Shown piece by piece: positions 30,514 through 40,138 of a stretch of DNA of 64,000 nucleotides. The notes under the pieces were generated by a model. It was not told the DNA's origin and did no database searches. It saw only the letters and a list, made by a program, of their open reading frames with translations. Origin of the DNA: Candidatus Aenigmatarchaeota archaeon (GTDB taxonomy: Archaea > Aenigmatarchaeota > Aenigmatarchaeia > QMZP01); NCBI GenBank assembly GCA_043824495.1, contig JBDRSV010000024.1, positions 64,001 through 128,000 of the forward strand, in the 5' to 3' direction. Positions within the stretch are counted from its first letter, which is position 1. Each line of letters begins with the position of its first letter. The translations under genes and the position numbers were made by a program.

Positions 30514-30514
30514 T

Positions 30515-30913
30515 ATGAAAGCGATATCAGCCAATATGACAAGGTGTTTGCCTGTGGGAGCAAGAATTAATTGTGTAGATAATTCAGGAGCAAAAATAAT
30601 TAGAATAATTTCTGTAAGAGGATTTAAAGGTATACGAAGAACAATTCCTTCAACTGGTATTGCTGGTTTATTCCAGTGTAAAGTACTCAAAGGAAATGAG
30701 AAAGTTCGACATCTGGTTCATAAAGCTGTTATTGTAAGACAAACAAAAGAATTCAGAAGAGCAGACGGAACAAGAGTGTCATTCGAAGATAATGCAGCTG
30801 TATTAGTGGATGACAAAGGGGATCCAAAGGGTAATAGCATCAAGGGTCCTATTGCAAGGGAAGTTGTTGAGAGATTCCCAACAATTGGTAAGATTGCAAG
30901 CACAGTAGTTTAA
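30515..30913 (+). CDS. rpl14: 50S ribosomal protein L14
   Basis: CVDNSGAKI, VIVRQTKEFRR, FEDNAAV, IKGPIAREV; start trimmed to ATG 30515. Confidence 0.96.
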   Translation: MKAISANMTRCLPVGARINCVDNSGAKIIRIISVRGFKGIRRTIPSTGIAGLFQCKVLKGNEKVRHLVHKAVIVRQTKEFRRADGTRVSFEDNAAVLVDDKGDPKGNSIKGPIAREVVERFPTIGKIASTVV

Positions 30914-31266
30914 TGGTGACTGACATGACAGATAACATAGATTTCAGTGAATTCCAAAAAGTTAATATAAGAATAGGAACAATTGAAGCAGCTGAGCCTG
31001 TTGAGAACACAGAAAAGCTGTTGAGGCTTCAAATAAGTTTAGGCGAAGAGAAGAGACAAATTGTTTCTAGTATAGCAAAGGATTTCACACCTGATCAACT
31101 CATTGGTAAGCAAATACCAATACTTACCAACCTGGAGCCAAAAAGTTTCAGAGGAATTGAAAGTCAGGGTATGATCTTACTGGTCGTAGAGGAACAAGAT
31201 GGTTCAGAAAAGCTCACATTAATAACGCCTGAAAATAAAGTTCCTACAGGATCTACAGTCAGGTAA
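30913..31266 (+). CDS. Stand-alone OB-fold tRNA-binding protein (Trbp111/CsaA/MetRS C-terminal-like)
   Basis: IDFSEFQKVNIRIGTI, EKLLRLQISLG, TNLEPKSFRGIESQGMIL. Confidence 0.9.
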   Translation: MVTDMTDNIDFSEFQKVNIRIGTIEAAEPVENTEKLLRLQISLGEEKRQIVSSIAKDFTPDQLIGKQIPILTNLEPKSFRGIESQGMILLVVEEQDGSEKLTLITPENKVPTGSTVR

Positions 31267-31271
31267 GAGTA

Positions 31272-31616
31272 ATGTCAAAAAAGAGAACAGTTGCAATATT
31301 GGTGGGGATATTAATGTTGTTATTGGTATTCCTGGTCGTACTACCGCTATCATTCGACTCTTCATTGGGAGCTGACTCATTACCTGATTCAGCTTTTTAT
31401 GAAATTGAATTAGCAGGTGAGAACATAGCATGTGGTATATCACTTGATAGAAAAGCATGTTTGCTTGAACTTGCTAATGAAAGAGACCAAGAAGTGGAAG
31501 AGTTAAATATAAAACAAAGAAGATTATTCGATGAAGATGAAAAGCAACAGTATGAATTGCTCATAATTAAAACTGAAAACGCAGCTTCGAGATTAAGAAT
31601 CGAGGCACTAAAATAG
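31272..31616 (+). CDS. Hypothetical membrane-anchored protein
   Basis: N-terminal TM helix plus coiled-coil-like tail. Confidence 0.6.
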   Translation: MSKKRTVAILVGILMLLLVFLVVLPLSFDSSLGADSLPDSAFYEIELAGENIACGISLDRKACLLELANERDQEVEELNIKQRRLFDEDEKQQYELLIIKTENAASRLRIEALK

Positions 31617-31624
31617 GAGATCAA

Positions 31625-32149
31625 ATGAAACAGACATGGTCTAAAGACTGGTTGAGTTCAAAACAACCAAGAAAGCAAAGGAAATATAGAGCTAATGCAC
31701 CGCTCCATATTAGACGTAAGTTTATTTCTGCACACTTGAGTGAAGATTTGAGAAGACAATTCAGTAGAAGAGCATTCCCTCTAAGAAAAGGTGATCAAGT
31801 AGAAATTATGAGAGGTAGCTTCAGAGGTAAGAAAGGTCAGGTAACTCGAGTAAACTTGTCAAAAAGTAAAGTTTACGTTGAAGGTGTAAACGTGAAAAAA
31901 GTGGATGGATCTGAAGTTGCAAGAGGAATCCAACCTTCCAACATTAGAATAATCAGTCTGAACCTTGACGATAAAAAGAGAAGAATCGCTGTAGACAGAA
32001 CAAGAGACCAGAAAAAATCTGTAAAAGAAACAGTCAAAGAAGTGAAAACAGAAAAAGAAACAAAACCGGTAGCTAAACCAGATAAATCAAAAGTTCCAGC
32101 GAAAGAAGCTAAAACCACTCCTAAAAAATTAACAAAGGAAGGGAAATGA
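31625..32149 (+). CDS. rpl24: 50S ribosomal protein L24 with Lys-rich tail
   Basis: SKQPRKQRKY...APLHIRRK, LRKGDQVEIMRG. Confidence 0.95.
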   Translation: MKQTWSKDWLSSKQPRKQRKYRANAPLHIRRKFISAHLSEDLRRQFSRRAFPLRKGDQVEIMRGSFRGKKGQVTRVNLSKSKVYVEGVNVKKVDGSEVARGIQPSNIRIISLNLDDKKRRIAVDRTRDQKKSVKETVKEVKTEKETKPVAKPDKSKVPAKEAKTTPKKLTKEGK

Positions 32150-32190
32150 GTTACTTTATGCTTAAATAGTTAATAATTAAGAGGTTTGAT

Positions 32191-32901
32191 ATGTCACATT
32201 TAAAGAGATACGCGATGCCAAGGAACTGGCCAGTTGAGGTCAAGAAGAAAATTTTTATAGTTAGACCTATGCCTGGGCCTCATGCTATAAATAGATGCAT
32301 ACCTCTAAAAATTCTGATTAAAGATTCTCTAGACTATGCAGATACATCAAGAGAAGCAAAGAAAATTATCACATCAGGAAAAGTTAAAGTTGATGGTGTG
32401 ATAAGAAGAGATGTTAAGTTTCCTGTGGGATTGATGGATGTTATAGAATTGCCTGATGCAAAGGAAGCTTATAGAGTTGTTCTCAATAGAAGAGGAATAA
32501 TATTGAAGAAGATAAAATCTGATTCTGATAAGAAATTATGTTTAATCAAAAACAAAGTGAGTGTTAAAAAAGGACATTTTCAACTAAATCTTCATGACGG
32601 TAGAAATATACTCCTAAAAACAGGAGCTGACGCTTACAAAACAGGCGATTCCATTGTTATCCAACTTTCTGATAATAAAATACTCAAGCACTACAAACTA
32701 GAAAAAGGAGTACCAGCTTTCATATACGCAGGAAAGAATATGGGTGTCTCAGGAACAATAAAGGAAATCAAAAAGAAGAAAACAATGGTAGAGAAATCTG
32801 TTATTATATTTAAGACTGATGAAAAAGAAATGGAAACCCTTAAGGGTTACGTTTTCCCAGGTTACTTGGATTTGGGTGAATCTGGAAAGGAGAGTAAATG
32901 A
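32191..32901 (+). CDS. rps4e: 30S ribosomal protein S4e
   Basis: HLKRYAMPRNW, PGPH, FPVGLMDVI, QLNLHDGRN. Confidence 0.95.
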   Translation: MSHLKRYAMPRNWPVEVKKKIFIVRPMPGPHAINRCIPLKILIKDSLDYADTSREAKKIITSGKVKVDGVIRRDVKFPVGLMDVIELPDAKEAYRVVLNRRGIILKKIKSDSDKKLCLIKNKVSVKKGHFQLNLHDGRNILLKTGADAYKTGDSIVIQLSDNKILKHYKLEKGVPAFIYAGKNMGVSGTIKEIKKKKTMVEKSVIIFKTDEKEMETLKGYVFPGYLDLGESGKESK

Positions 32902-33407
32902 CAGAAAACCCAATGAGACAGATAAGAATAGAGAAGGTCACTGTAAACATGGGAGCAGGTGAAGCCGGAGCTAAGTTAGATAATTCTGTTAAGCTTATTG
33001 AAAAATTAACAGGAGCTAAAATTGTTATTACAAAAACACATAAAAGAACCACATTCGGTGGACCAAAGAAAAAACCTATTGGAGCCAAAACAACTCTAAG
33101 AGGTAAAAAAGCTGAAGAATTCTTAGAGCTAATGTTAAAAGCTGTTGAAAATAAATTAAGAAAAAAACAATTTGATGTTAATGGAAATTTCTCTTTTGGT
33201 ATAAAAGAATACATTGATATACCAGGTGTCAAATACGATCCAGATATTGGAATTATGGGAATGGATATCTGTGTAACATTACAAAGACCTGGATATAGAG
33301 TTAAGAATAGAAAAATAAATCAAAGAAAGATTGGGATGAAACACAACATTAAAAAAGAGGACTCCATGGAATTCATGAAAACTAGATTTAAGGTAGAGGT
33401 AGTTTAG
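32898..33407 (+). CDS. rpl5: 50S ribosomal protein L5
   Basis: NPMRQIRIEKVTVNMG, GNFSFGIKEYIDIPG, YDPDIGIMGMD. Confidence 0.97.
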   Translation: MTENPMRQIRIEKVTVNMGAGEAGAKLDNSVKLIEKLTGAKIVITKTHKRTTFGGPKKKPIGAKTTLRGKKAEEFLELMLKAVENKLRKKQFDVNGNFSFGIKEYIDIPGVKYDPDIGIMGMDICVTLQRPGYRVKNRKINQRKIGMKHNIKKEDSMEFMKTRFKVEVV

Positions 33408-33629
33408 ATGTCATTTTTAAAAGTTAGAAAACAGATAGAGAAAAAACCTATCAAGGTTGCAAGATATGATAAATTTAACAAACCAAAAAAGAGAAAATTC
33501 GGAAAAAATATTCATAGATGCGCAAAATGTAACAGAACAGGCGGGATGATAAATAAGTACGATTTACATTATTGTAGACAGTGCTTCAGAGAACAAGCAG
33601 AAAAATTAGGATTTGTAAAATATAGTTAG
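33408..33629 (+). CDS. rps14: 30S ribosomal protein S14 (Zn-binding)
   Basis: CAKC...YCRQCFRE...LGFVKY. Confidence 0.93.
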   Translation: MSFLKVRKQIEKKPIKVARYDKFNKPKKRKFGKNIHRCAKCNRTGGMINKYDLHYCRQCFREQAEKLGFVKYS

Positions 33630-33637
33630 GAGTTAAT

Positions 33638-34024
33638 ATGAGACACGATTTAATTTCAGATGCATTATGCATAATAAAAAACGCAGAATTCATTGGTAAA
33701 AAGGAGTGTAAGGTTCCTGTGTCTAAGTTAATTAAAGGTATGTTGACAATCATAAAAACCAATGAATACATTAAGGATTTCAAGTTAACACATGAAGAGA
33801 AAGGAGATTATTTTCATGTTCATCTTGCAGGTAAAATAAATGATTGTAATTCTATTAGACCACAATACTCATTCCAAGTAAAAGACGTTGTTAAATGGGA
33901 AAAAAGATTCCTTCCAGCAAGAGAGATAGGAATTTTAATTATTACCACATCAAAGGGCATAATGGATCAAAGACAAGCAGAAAAAGAAAAATCCGGTGGT
34001 AGATTACTGGGTTATGTTTACTAG
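33638..34024 (+). CDS. rps8: 30S ribosomal protein S8
   Basis: IIKNAE, GKINDC, EKRFLPA, TTSKGIM, GGRLLGYVY. Confidence 0.96.
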   Translation: MRHDLISDALCIIKNAEFIGKKECKVPVSKLIKGMLTIIKTNEYIKDFKLTHEEKGDYFHVHLAGKINDCNSIRPQYSFQVKDVVKWEKRFLPAREIGILIITTSKGIMDQRQAEKEKSGGRLLGYVY

Positions 34025-34032
34025 GTGATTAT

Positions 34033-34296
34033 ATGATAACAAGCAGAGACATTAAACATGCAGAAGAGCAAAAAAAATTGTTGATTGGAACAAAAAGTAT
34101 AGTGAAATCACTAAAAATCGGGGAACTGGAAAGAGTCATTTATGCTTCTAATTGCCCAGAATCCACATTGAAGGATATAAATTATTATTTAAAATTAACT
34201 AAAACTGAAGTGGAATTATTCGATGGAAATTCTTCAAAACTAGGTGAAACCTGCGGTAAACCCTTTAATATACTTATGATCGCAATAAAGAAGTAG
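34033..34296 (+). CDS. rpl30e: 50S ribosomal protein L30e
   Basis: LIGTKSIVK, IYASNCP, LGETCGKPF. Confidence 0.9.
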   Translation: MITSRDIKHAEEQKKLLIGTKSIVKSLKIGELERVIYASNCPESTLKDINYYLKLTKTEVELFDGNSSKLGETCGKPFNILMIAIKK

Positions 34297-34302
34297 ATAA
34301 AT

Positions 34303-34707
34303 ATGCCAATAAAACTAGAAACAATGACAATTAGAACTATTGCAACATTTGAAAACGTAACGAACGTTCATGCGGTGGATTGCATAATTGCAGACGATTA
34401 CATGTGTTTTCTTGTTGATCCTGAAAAAGTTGGCTTAGCAATTGGCAAAAACGGATCAACAATAAAACAATTAAGAAAAATGTTTAATAAACAAATAAAA
34501 GTGTTCGGTTACTACAGAGATCCAGAATCTCTTGTAAAGGGGGTAATACCCGAAGTAATTGAAATAGAACAAAATAGTGGAGCTTTGGTAGCTACTCTCC
34601 CAAGCGGAGAAAAATTATCTATAATAGAGAAAAACAACAAGAATATTAAGATACTAAAGGAAATATTAAAGAGACATTTTTCCATCAAGACATTAAAACT
34701 CAGATAA
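34303..34707 (+). CDS. nusA: Archaeal NusA-like transcription factor (KH domains)
   Basis: FENVT...DC, GLAIGKNGSTIK. Confidence 0.88.
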   Translation: MPIKLETMTIRTIATFENVTNVHAVDCIIADDYMCFLVDPEKVGLAIGKNGSTIKQLRKMFNKQIKVFGYYRDPESLVKGVIPEVIEIEQNSGALVATLPSGEKLSIIEKNNKNIKILKEILKRHFSIKTLKLR

Positions 34708-34712
34708 GATAT

Positions 34713-35342
34713 ATGATTCAAATGAAAATTAAGATAATAAAAAAATCTGGAAATGACCTTGAATTCACAGCTGAAAACATCAGTATACCTTTAGCAAATG
34801 CACTTAGAAGGATAATGATTTCTGAAGTGCCAACATTATCAGTTGACTGGATTGATATTCATAATAATACATCTGTTTTGTTTGATGAGATGATATCTCA
34901 CAGAATTGGTTTAATTCCAATAAAATTCAACCCTGATAAATTTAACTTTATAGATGATTGTAAATGTGAAGGCAAAGGATGTACATTGTGTCAAGCAGTG
35001 TTCTCAGTGACCAAGAAAGGTCCATGTATTGTTTATTCGGGGGACATGAAACCTGCAAACAAAGAAGCAATTTTCACAGATCCTAAATTCCCTATAGTTG
35101 AACTTCTAGAAAATCAAGAAATCAAACTAGATGCTATTGCAAGACTTGGAATAGGACAAAATCACTCAAAGAATCAAGCAGCTATAGCAGCATATGAATA
35201 TGATGGTGACGGAAAAGCATTGAAATTTAAATTTAAGATAGAGTCTGTATCAGGTTTGAAACCTGATTACATTGTTGAAAAAGCAGCACATATATTAGAA
35301 TTAAAAGCAGCGGAATTTAAGAAGGAAGTCAATAAGATATGA
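34713..35342 (+). CDS. rpoD: RNA polymerase subunit D (Rpo3)
   Basis: ANALRRIMISEVPT, NTSVLFDEMISHRIGLIP, Cys cluster, IARLGIGQNHSK. Confidence 0.93.
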   Translation: MIQMKIKIIKKSGNDLEFTAENISIPLANALRRIMISEVPTLSVDWIDIHNNTSVLFDEMISHRIGLIPIKFNPDKFNFIDDCKCEGKGCTLCQAVFSVTKKGPCIVYSGDMKPANKEAIFTDPKFPIVELLENQEIKLDAIARLGIGQNHSKNQAAIAAYEYDGDGKALKFKFKIESVSGLKPDYIVEKAAHILELKAAEFKKEVNKI

Positions 35343-35551
35343 GCGCTCAATTGGTTGTATCCTGGATCCTTGGTAGCATATTCATGCTAGGAGGGGTATG
35401 GATAATAACAAACCTCGAGATGAATCTTGGGGTGACCGAGTCCTCTTATATTGTCGCTCTTATTATAGCATTTATCATGTTCCTTCTAGCTGGTTTCCTA
35501 TGGATTTCGGTTGCCGTGGGTACAGAAAAACAGCCGCATCACCACCATTAA
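35339..35551 (+). CDS. Small two-TM membrane protein
   Basis: Hydrophobic 70 aa ORF overlapping the rpoD stop. Confidence 0.6.
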   Translation: MSAQLVVSWILGSIFMLGGVWIITNLEMNLGVTESSYIVALIIAFIMFLLAGFLWISVAVGTEKQPHHHH

Positions 35552-35661
35552 TTCCGAAATGAGCTATTCCTGCATTTATAAATATTTATATCAATAAGAA
35601 CCAATATACTCACAAAATCTATATAAATCCTTGAGCTGAATAAGCTCATACAAGTGATATC

Positions 35662-36084
35662 ATGGGACAATTTGGAGCACGAGAATTAAAGAAAAAGAGG
35701 AAAAAGTTTAGATGGAAATCTACAAAACACAAGAGACATCAGCTAAAATTATGGAAGAAATCACCTCTTAGAGGAGCTCCTATCGGAAAAGGTATAGTTC
35801 TTAAGAAGAAGGGTATTGAACAAAAACAGCCACATTCTGGTATTATTAAAGCTGTCAGAGTACAGATAGTTAAAAACGGTATTAATGTTACAGCATTTGT
35901 ACCAAAAACAGGTGCAATCAAGCATATAGACGAGCATGACGAAGTAACAATAGAAGGAATGGGCGGATCTCAGGGTGGAGCTGTCGGTTCTATGCACGGT
36001 ATCAAGTTTAAGGTTTTCAAGGTGAATAATATTTCTTTGAAAGAAATTCTAAAGGGGAAAAAACAGAAGTCTAAGGGCGGTTAA
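35662..36084 (+). CDS. rps12: 30S ribosomal protein S12
   Basis: [30 protein letters not shown]. Confidence 0.95.
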   Translation: MGQFGARELKKKRKKFRWKSTKHKRHQLKLWKKSPLRGAPIGKGIVLKKKGIEQKQPHSGIIKAVRVQIVKNGINVTAFVPKTGAIKHIDEHDEVTIEGMGGSQGGAVGSMHGIKFKVFKVNNISLKEILKGKKQKSKGG

Positions 36085-36086
36085 TT

Positions 36087-36677
36087 ATGTCAATATTACT
36101 TTTTAATAGATGGGATACGAGCAAAGTTGAAGTCCAAGATCCTAGTCTTAAGAGATATGTTAATTTGGAACCTGTTATAGTACCTAGAACTAACGGTAAA
36201 ATGAGAGGTCAGCACAAATATAAAGTTAATATAGTTGAAAGATTCACAAACAGACTCATGGTTAATGGCCATAGAGGAAAAAAACATAAAATCACATCAG
36301 GTCATCATGTTGGAAATACAGCAACACTTTTCAATCACATGAAAGCTGCTTTCACAGAAATAGAAAACAAGACAAAGAAAGATCCTGTGCAAGTTCTTGT
36401 ACACGCAATAGAGAATTCTTCAGTAGTTGAAGAGGTTGCTTCTTACAGAATGGGTGGCATAATGGCTAGAAAAGCTGTTGTAGTGTCTCCTCAGAGAAGG
36501 CTAGACCTAGCATTAAGATACCTCACGCAAGGAATCTACAAGAAGAGCTTCAAAAACAGGCAACCTCTCTCAAGAGTCATCGCAGATGAGCTCATAGCTG
36601 CTGCTAACAACGACACAAAAGTCTTCGCAATCCAAGAGAAAAACAGAATAGAAAGAGAAGCCGAAGGCGCTAGATAA
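36087..36677 (+). CDS. rps7: 30S ribosomal protein S7
   Basis: LLFNRWD, IVERFTNRLM, VSPQRRLDLALR, ERIEREAEGAR-type C-terminus. Confidence 0.95.
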   Translation: MSILLFNRWDTSKVEVQDPSLKRYVNLEPVIVPRTNGKMRGQHKYKVNIVERFTNRLMVNGHRGKKHKITSGHHVGNTATLFNHMKAAFTEIENKTKKDPVQVLVHAIENSSVVEEVASYRMGGIMARKAVVVSPQRRLDLALRYLTQGIYKKSFKNRQPLSRVIADELIAAANNDTKVFAIQEKNRIEREAEGAR

Positions 36678-36763
36678 TTTTAATGTGCTATTTTTAGTGT
36701 CAGTAATTTCGTATAACAGGTAGCTCACACTACTTTTTTCTAAAAATAAAAGAAATTGGGTAT

Positions 36764-37189
36764 TTACCCAATGTAATTAGCTTGTCCTGCACCTTGAGGT
36801 TTCAAGACTGGGATACCTATTGGTGGTGGTAGCTGTAAATCGTCAGCCATGTAAGCTATCTTTAGAAGACATCTCCTGAATAAGTGATTCAAGATTTCTA
36901 TGTTTATTTCTTCTGGTAATTTTTTGTCTTTTTTCCAAGCTTTCATTACTATTGCTAGTGTTTTTGGAAGATAGATAACTTCTCCGCCTACCTTGATGTC
37001 GGCCAAATCAGGTGCATATTTTGTCTCAAACTCGAATGTTACGGACATTCCTTTTTTGTTAAGTGTTCCGATGTTTACTTCTTTTACACCTATGATTTTT
37101 GGTGTTGAGTTTACTTTAATTTCACCCTTAATTGGCTTTGGTTTTTTATTTGCCTCAAATGAGGTAAATGCGAGTCCTATGATTGGCAT
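36764..37189 (-). CDS. Conserved-looking archaeal hypothetical protein
   Basis: 141 aa ORF, host-like composition. Confidence 0.7.
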   Translation of the reverse strand: MPIIGLAFTSFEANKKPKPIKGEIKVNSTPKIIGVKEVNIGTLNKKGMSVTFEFETKYAPDLADIKVGGEVIYLPKTLAIVMKAWKKDKKLPEEINIEILNHLFRRCLLKIAYMADDLQLPPPIGIPVLKPQGAGQANYIG

Positions 37190-37303
37190 ACTAATCTCCT
37201 TAATATTATGTATACTATTACATATTGTTATTTAAATGCATATTATGCTCTCATTTACGAATATTTCTTCATATATTTATATTTCCGTACACAAATCTAT
37301 ACT

Positions 37304-37837
37304 ATGAATATTCTCATACCAATGGCAGAGGGCTTTGAGGAAATAGAAGCTATTACAGTTATAGATGTTTTCAGGAGAGCTGGAATCAATACTATCAGCG
37401 TCGGTCTTCCTGGTACAATGGTCACAGGAGCTCACGGCATCAAAGTTTTTGCTGATAAGAGACTTGATGAAGTGAATATAGACGATTTTGATGCTCTTGT
37501 TCTTGTTGGTGGAGATCCTGGATACCACAATCTAGGTAAATCACAGAAGATAATAGAAGCCATCAAGAGGTTTGAAGCAGCAAAGAAACCTGTAGGAGCT
37601 ATATGTACTGCGCCAGCTATTCTAGGTAAGCTAGGTCTACTAGACGAAAGAAGAGCAACAATATATCCCGGAATGGAGAGAGAGATACCAAGACCAAGAG
37701 GAAACAGAGTCATAGACGATGATAATATAATAACATCACAAGGACCTGGAACAGCTATGGAATTTGCTATCCAGATTGTGGATAAACTCAAGGGTCCTTC
37801 AATAGCGGGTAAGGTAAGAAGGGAACTGGTGGCTTAA
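37304..37837 (+). CDS. DJ-1/PfpI/ThiJ family protein
   Basis: GFEEIEA, LVLVGG, AICTAP (Cys nucleophile), ITSQGPGTA; start trimmed to ATG 37304. Confidence 0.92.
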   Translation: MNILIPMAEGFEEIEAITVIDVFRRAGINTISVGLPGTMVTGAHGIKVFADKRLDEVNIDDFDALVLVGGDPGYHNLGKSQKIIEAIKRFEAAKKPVGAICTAPAILGKLGLLDERRATIYPGMEREIPRPRGNRVIDDDNIITSQGPGTAMEFAIQIVDKLKGPSIAGKVRRELVA

Positions 37838-38062
37838 ATGAGCGGATTAACTGCAGCCGAGAAAGAAATTCTAGAAATAATGTCAAAGAGACTTTTAGTA
37901 ACAACAAGAGAGTTGAACAAATTCTTGAGCTCTGATAAATACAATGGAGGAACTGATTTTAGTTTACAGAGACTTGTAGATCAAGGATACTTAGAAAGAG
38001 TAGAATCCTTAGGGACAACTGTTGTTGTAACTCAGAAAGGCTTGAGAGCTCTAAAAGCTTGA
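37838..38062 (+). CDS. Small winged-HTH-like protein
   Basis: LTAAEKEIL...LQRLVDQGYLERV...VVVTQKG. Confidence 0.6.
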   Translation: MSGLTAAEKEILEIMSKRLLVTTRELNKFLSSDKYNGGTDFSLQRLVDQGYLERVESLGTTVVVTQKGLRALKA

Positions 38063-38125
38063 GTAAAGATCTTTTTATAGTAAAATGACATATATAGAAG
38101 TACTTCGATCGAATGATCTTAGAAT

Positions 38126-38289
38126 AGCCCCGTAGTGTAGTGGTCAAAGTTTGACAACCTGTGTGCTCGCATGTAGTTGTCTACACGACTAGGCATATCG
38201 GGCCTTGGTTTTCGCAACTAAGGATCTGAGCGAGAAATCGCTGTGAAAGAGGATACCCGGTGACTGCGGTTCGAATCCGCACGGGGCTA
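38126..38289 (+). tRNA. tRNA-Gln(TTG) with two introns (38148-38192 in the D-loop; 38209-38254 at 37/38)
   Basis: Acceptor AGCCCCG/CGGGGCT, D-stem GTGT/GCAT, anticodon stem TCGGG/CCCGG, T arm TGCGG-TTCGAAT-CCGCA; 4-bp central helices GGTC/GACT and CCTT/GAGG flank the splice bulges. Confidence 0.88.
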
Positions 38290-38321
38290 TCATTTTTATT
38301 GTATACTTACAATTATTTCTT

Positions 38322-40007
38322 ATGTATCCACTAGAAAAGTTCAGAGACGATATTAAATCAGTGATAGCTGAATACAAAAAGATAAAGAAAGATGAAGTTG
38401 TTTTAGCAAAACCTCCTCAAGGTATTCCAGCAGATTTAGCCTATCCATGTTTTGGCTTGGCTAAAAGAGAAAAAAGAGATCCAGTAGAATTTGCTCTCAC
38501 AACAGTGGAGAAAATAAAACCTAGAGGATTGATATCCAGAATAGAAGCTAATGGTCCATACATAAACTTCTATGCAGACTGGAGTAAGATGGGAAGCTTA
38601 GTTTTGAATGGAATAATAAAAGAAAAAAACGCTTATGGTAAAGGAAAGAAAAAGAATAAGATTCTAGTGGAACACACTTCAGCCAATCCAGATGGTCCTT
38701 TACATCTAGGTCATTTCAGAAACACTGTTATAGGAGACTCTTTAGCAAGAATATTACGATTCTATGGTCATGAAGTAAAAACAGATTTCTATGTAAATGA
38801 TACAGGAAGACAAATAACTCTAGCTTCTTGGATGTATTTACAAAATGAGCCTAAACCTAAAGGTAAGCTAGATTGGTGGGTTTATGACTTGTATTTCAAA
38901 TGTAACCAGAAATTGAAAACCAATCCAAGTATAGAAAATGAAATAACAGATATGATGCTTAAGTTTGAAAATGGAGATAAAGAACTAAGAAAAACACATG
39001 AGTTCATAGTTGATCAATGCTTGAAGGGGCATAAAGAAACTCTAGAAAGCATTGGAATTAAAATCGATAGATTCTCAAAGGAAAGCGAATTCCTATTCAC
39101 TGGAAAAGTTGATGATGTTTTGAAGAAGATACTCAAAACAAAGGAAGGAAAATCGTCTGGTAAAAGAGTATGGGTTGACTTGAAACAATTCAAAATAGAA
39201 AGAGAATTCACTCTAACAAGATCTGATGGAACAACAATTTATCCAGCAAGAGATTTGGCATATCATGCAGACAAGTTTGAAAGAGCAGATCAAAACATAA
39301 ATATTATAGGAACAGATCAGAAATTTTACTTCAAGCAGTTAACATCAACTCTTGGTTTACTATTTCCAAAGAAAACAGAGAATTATCATGTTTTGTTTTA
39401 TGAGTTTTTGCTGTTGCCAGAAGGAACAATGTCTACACGTTTAGGTAAATTTATTTCAGTTGATGAACTTGTAAAGAAATTTACAGAAACTGCAAGAAAA
39501 AGTATAGAAATAAAAAATCCAAAATACTCAACTAAATTCAAGGATGATATAGCTAAGATGGTTGGTATAGGTGCATTGAAGTATGCAATGATAAAAGTTT
39601 CGCCTGAGAAAACATATTCTTTCAGTGTGGATGACAGCCTAAATTTCGAAGGTAACACGGCACCTTATATTCAATATACTCATGCAAGAGCTTCTTCGAT
39701 ACTTCAGAAAGCTGGTAGTAGCAAACATGTAATCAAGTATATAGGAGAAGAAGAGAAACAAGTCATGAACAAGTTAATGGAATTCCCATATGCAGTGAAA
39801 AGAGCTTCTAAAGAATATAGACCACACATAATAGCTAACTATGCATATGATCTAGCAACGTCTTTCAATAACTTCTATCACTCGGTTCCTGTACTGAAAG
39901 CAGAAAAAGACTTAATAGGAACAAGACTAGCTATAGTAAAAGCTGCTCAGATAGTTTTGAAAACAAGTCTAGATCTTCTAGGTATAGAAGCACCTGATAA
40001 GATGTAG
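38322..40007 (+). CDS. argS: Arginine--tRNA ligase
   Basis: EHTSANPDGPLHLGHFRN (HIGH), MSTRLGK, FEGNTAPYIQYTHARASSIL, FNNFYH. Confidence 0.96.
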   Translation: MYPLEKFRDDIKSVIAEYKKIKKDEVVLAKPPQGIPADLAYPCFGLAKREKRDPVEFALTTVEKIKPRGLISRIEANGPYINFYADWSKMGSLVLNGIIKEKNAYGKGKKKNKILVEHTSANPDGPLHLGHFRNTVIGDSLARILRFYGHEVKTDFYVNDTGRQITLASWMYLQNEPKPKGKLDWWVYDLYFKCNQKLKTNPSIENEITDMMLKFENGDKELRKTHEFIVDQCLKGHKETLESIGIKIDRFSKESEFLFTGKVDDVLKKILKTKEGKSSGKRVWVDLKQFKIEREFTLTRSDGTTIYPARDLAYHADKFERADQNINIIGTDQKFYFKQLTSTLGLLFPKKTENYHVLFYEFLLLPEGTMSTRLGKFISVDELVKKFTETARKSIEIKNPKYSTKFKDDIAKMVGIGALKYAMIKVSPEKTYSFSVDDSLNFEGNTAPYIQYTHARASSILQKAGSSKHVIKYIGEEEKQVMNKLMEFPYAVKRASKEYRPHIIANYAYDLATSFNNFYHSVPVLKAEKDLIGTRLAIVKAAQIVLKTSLDLLGIEAPDKM

Positions 40008-40138
40008 AGTGATTAAACGGTAAGCATAATCAAGCTAATAGCACTTATTATAATTATTTATTTAGTAGTTTCTATTTTCCAATGTTACTGGCCTGCGAGT
40101 ATGCTTGAAGAAGTCTTATGTATTTATGGTCCACTATT

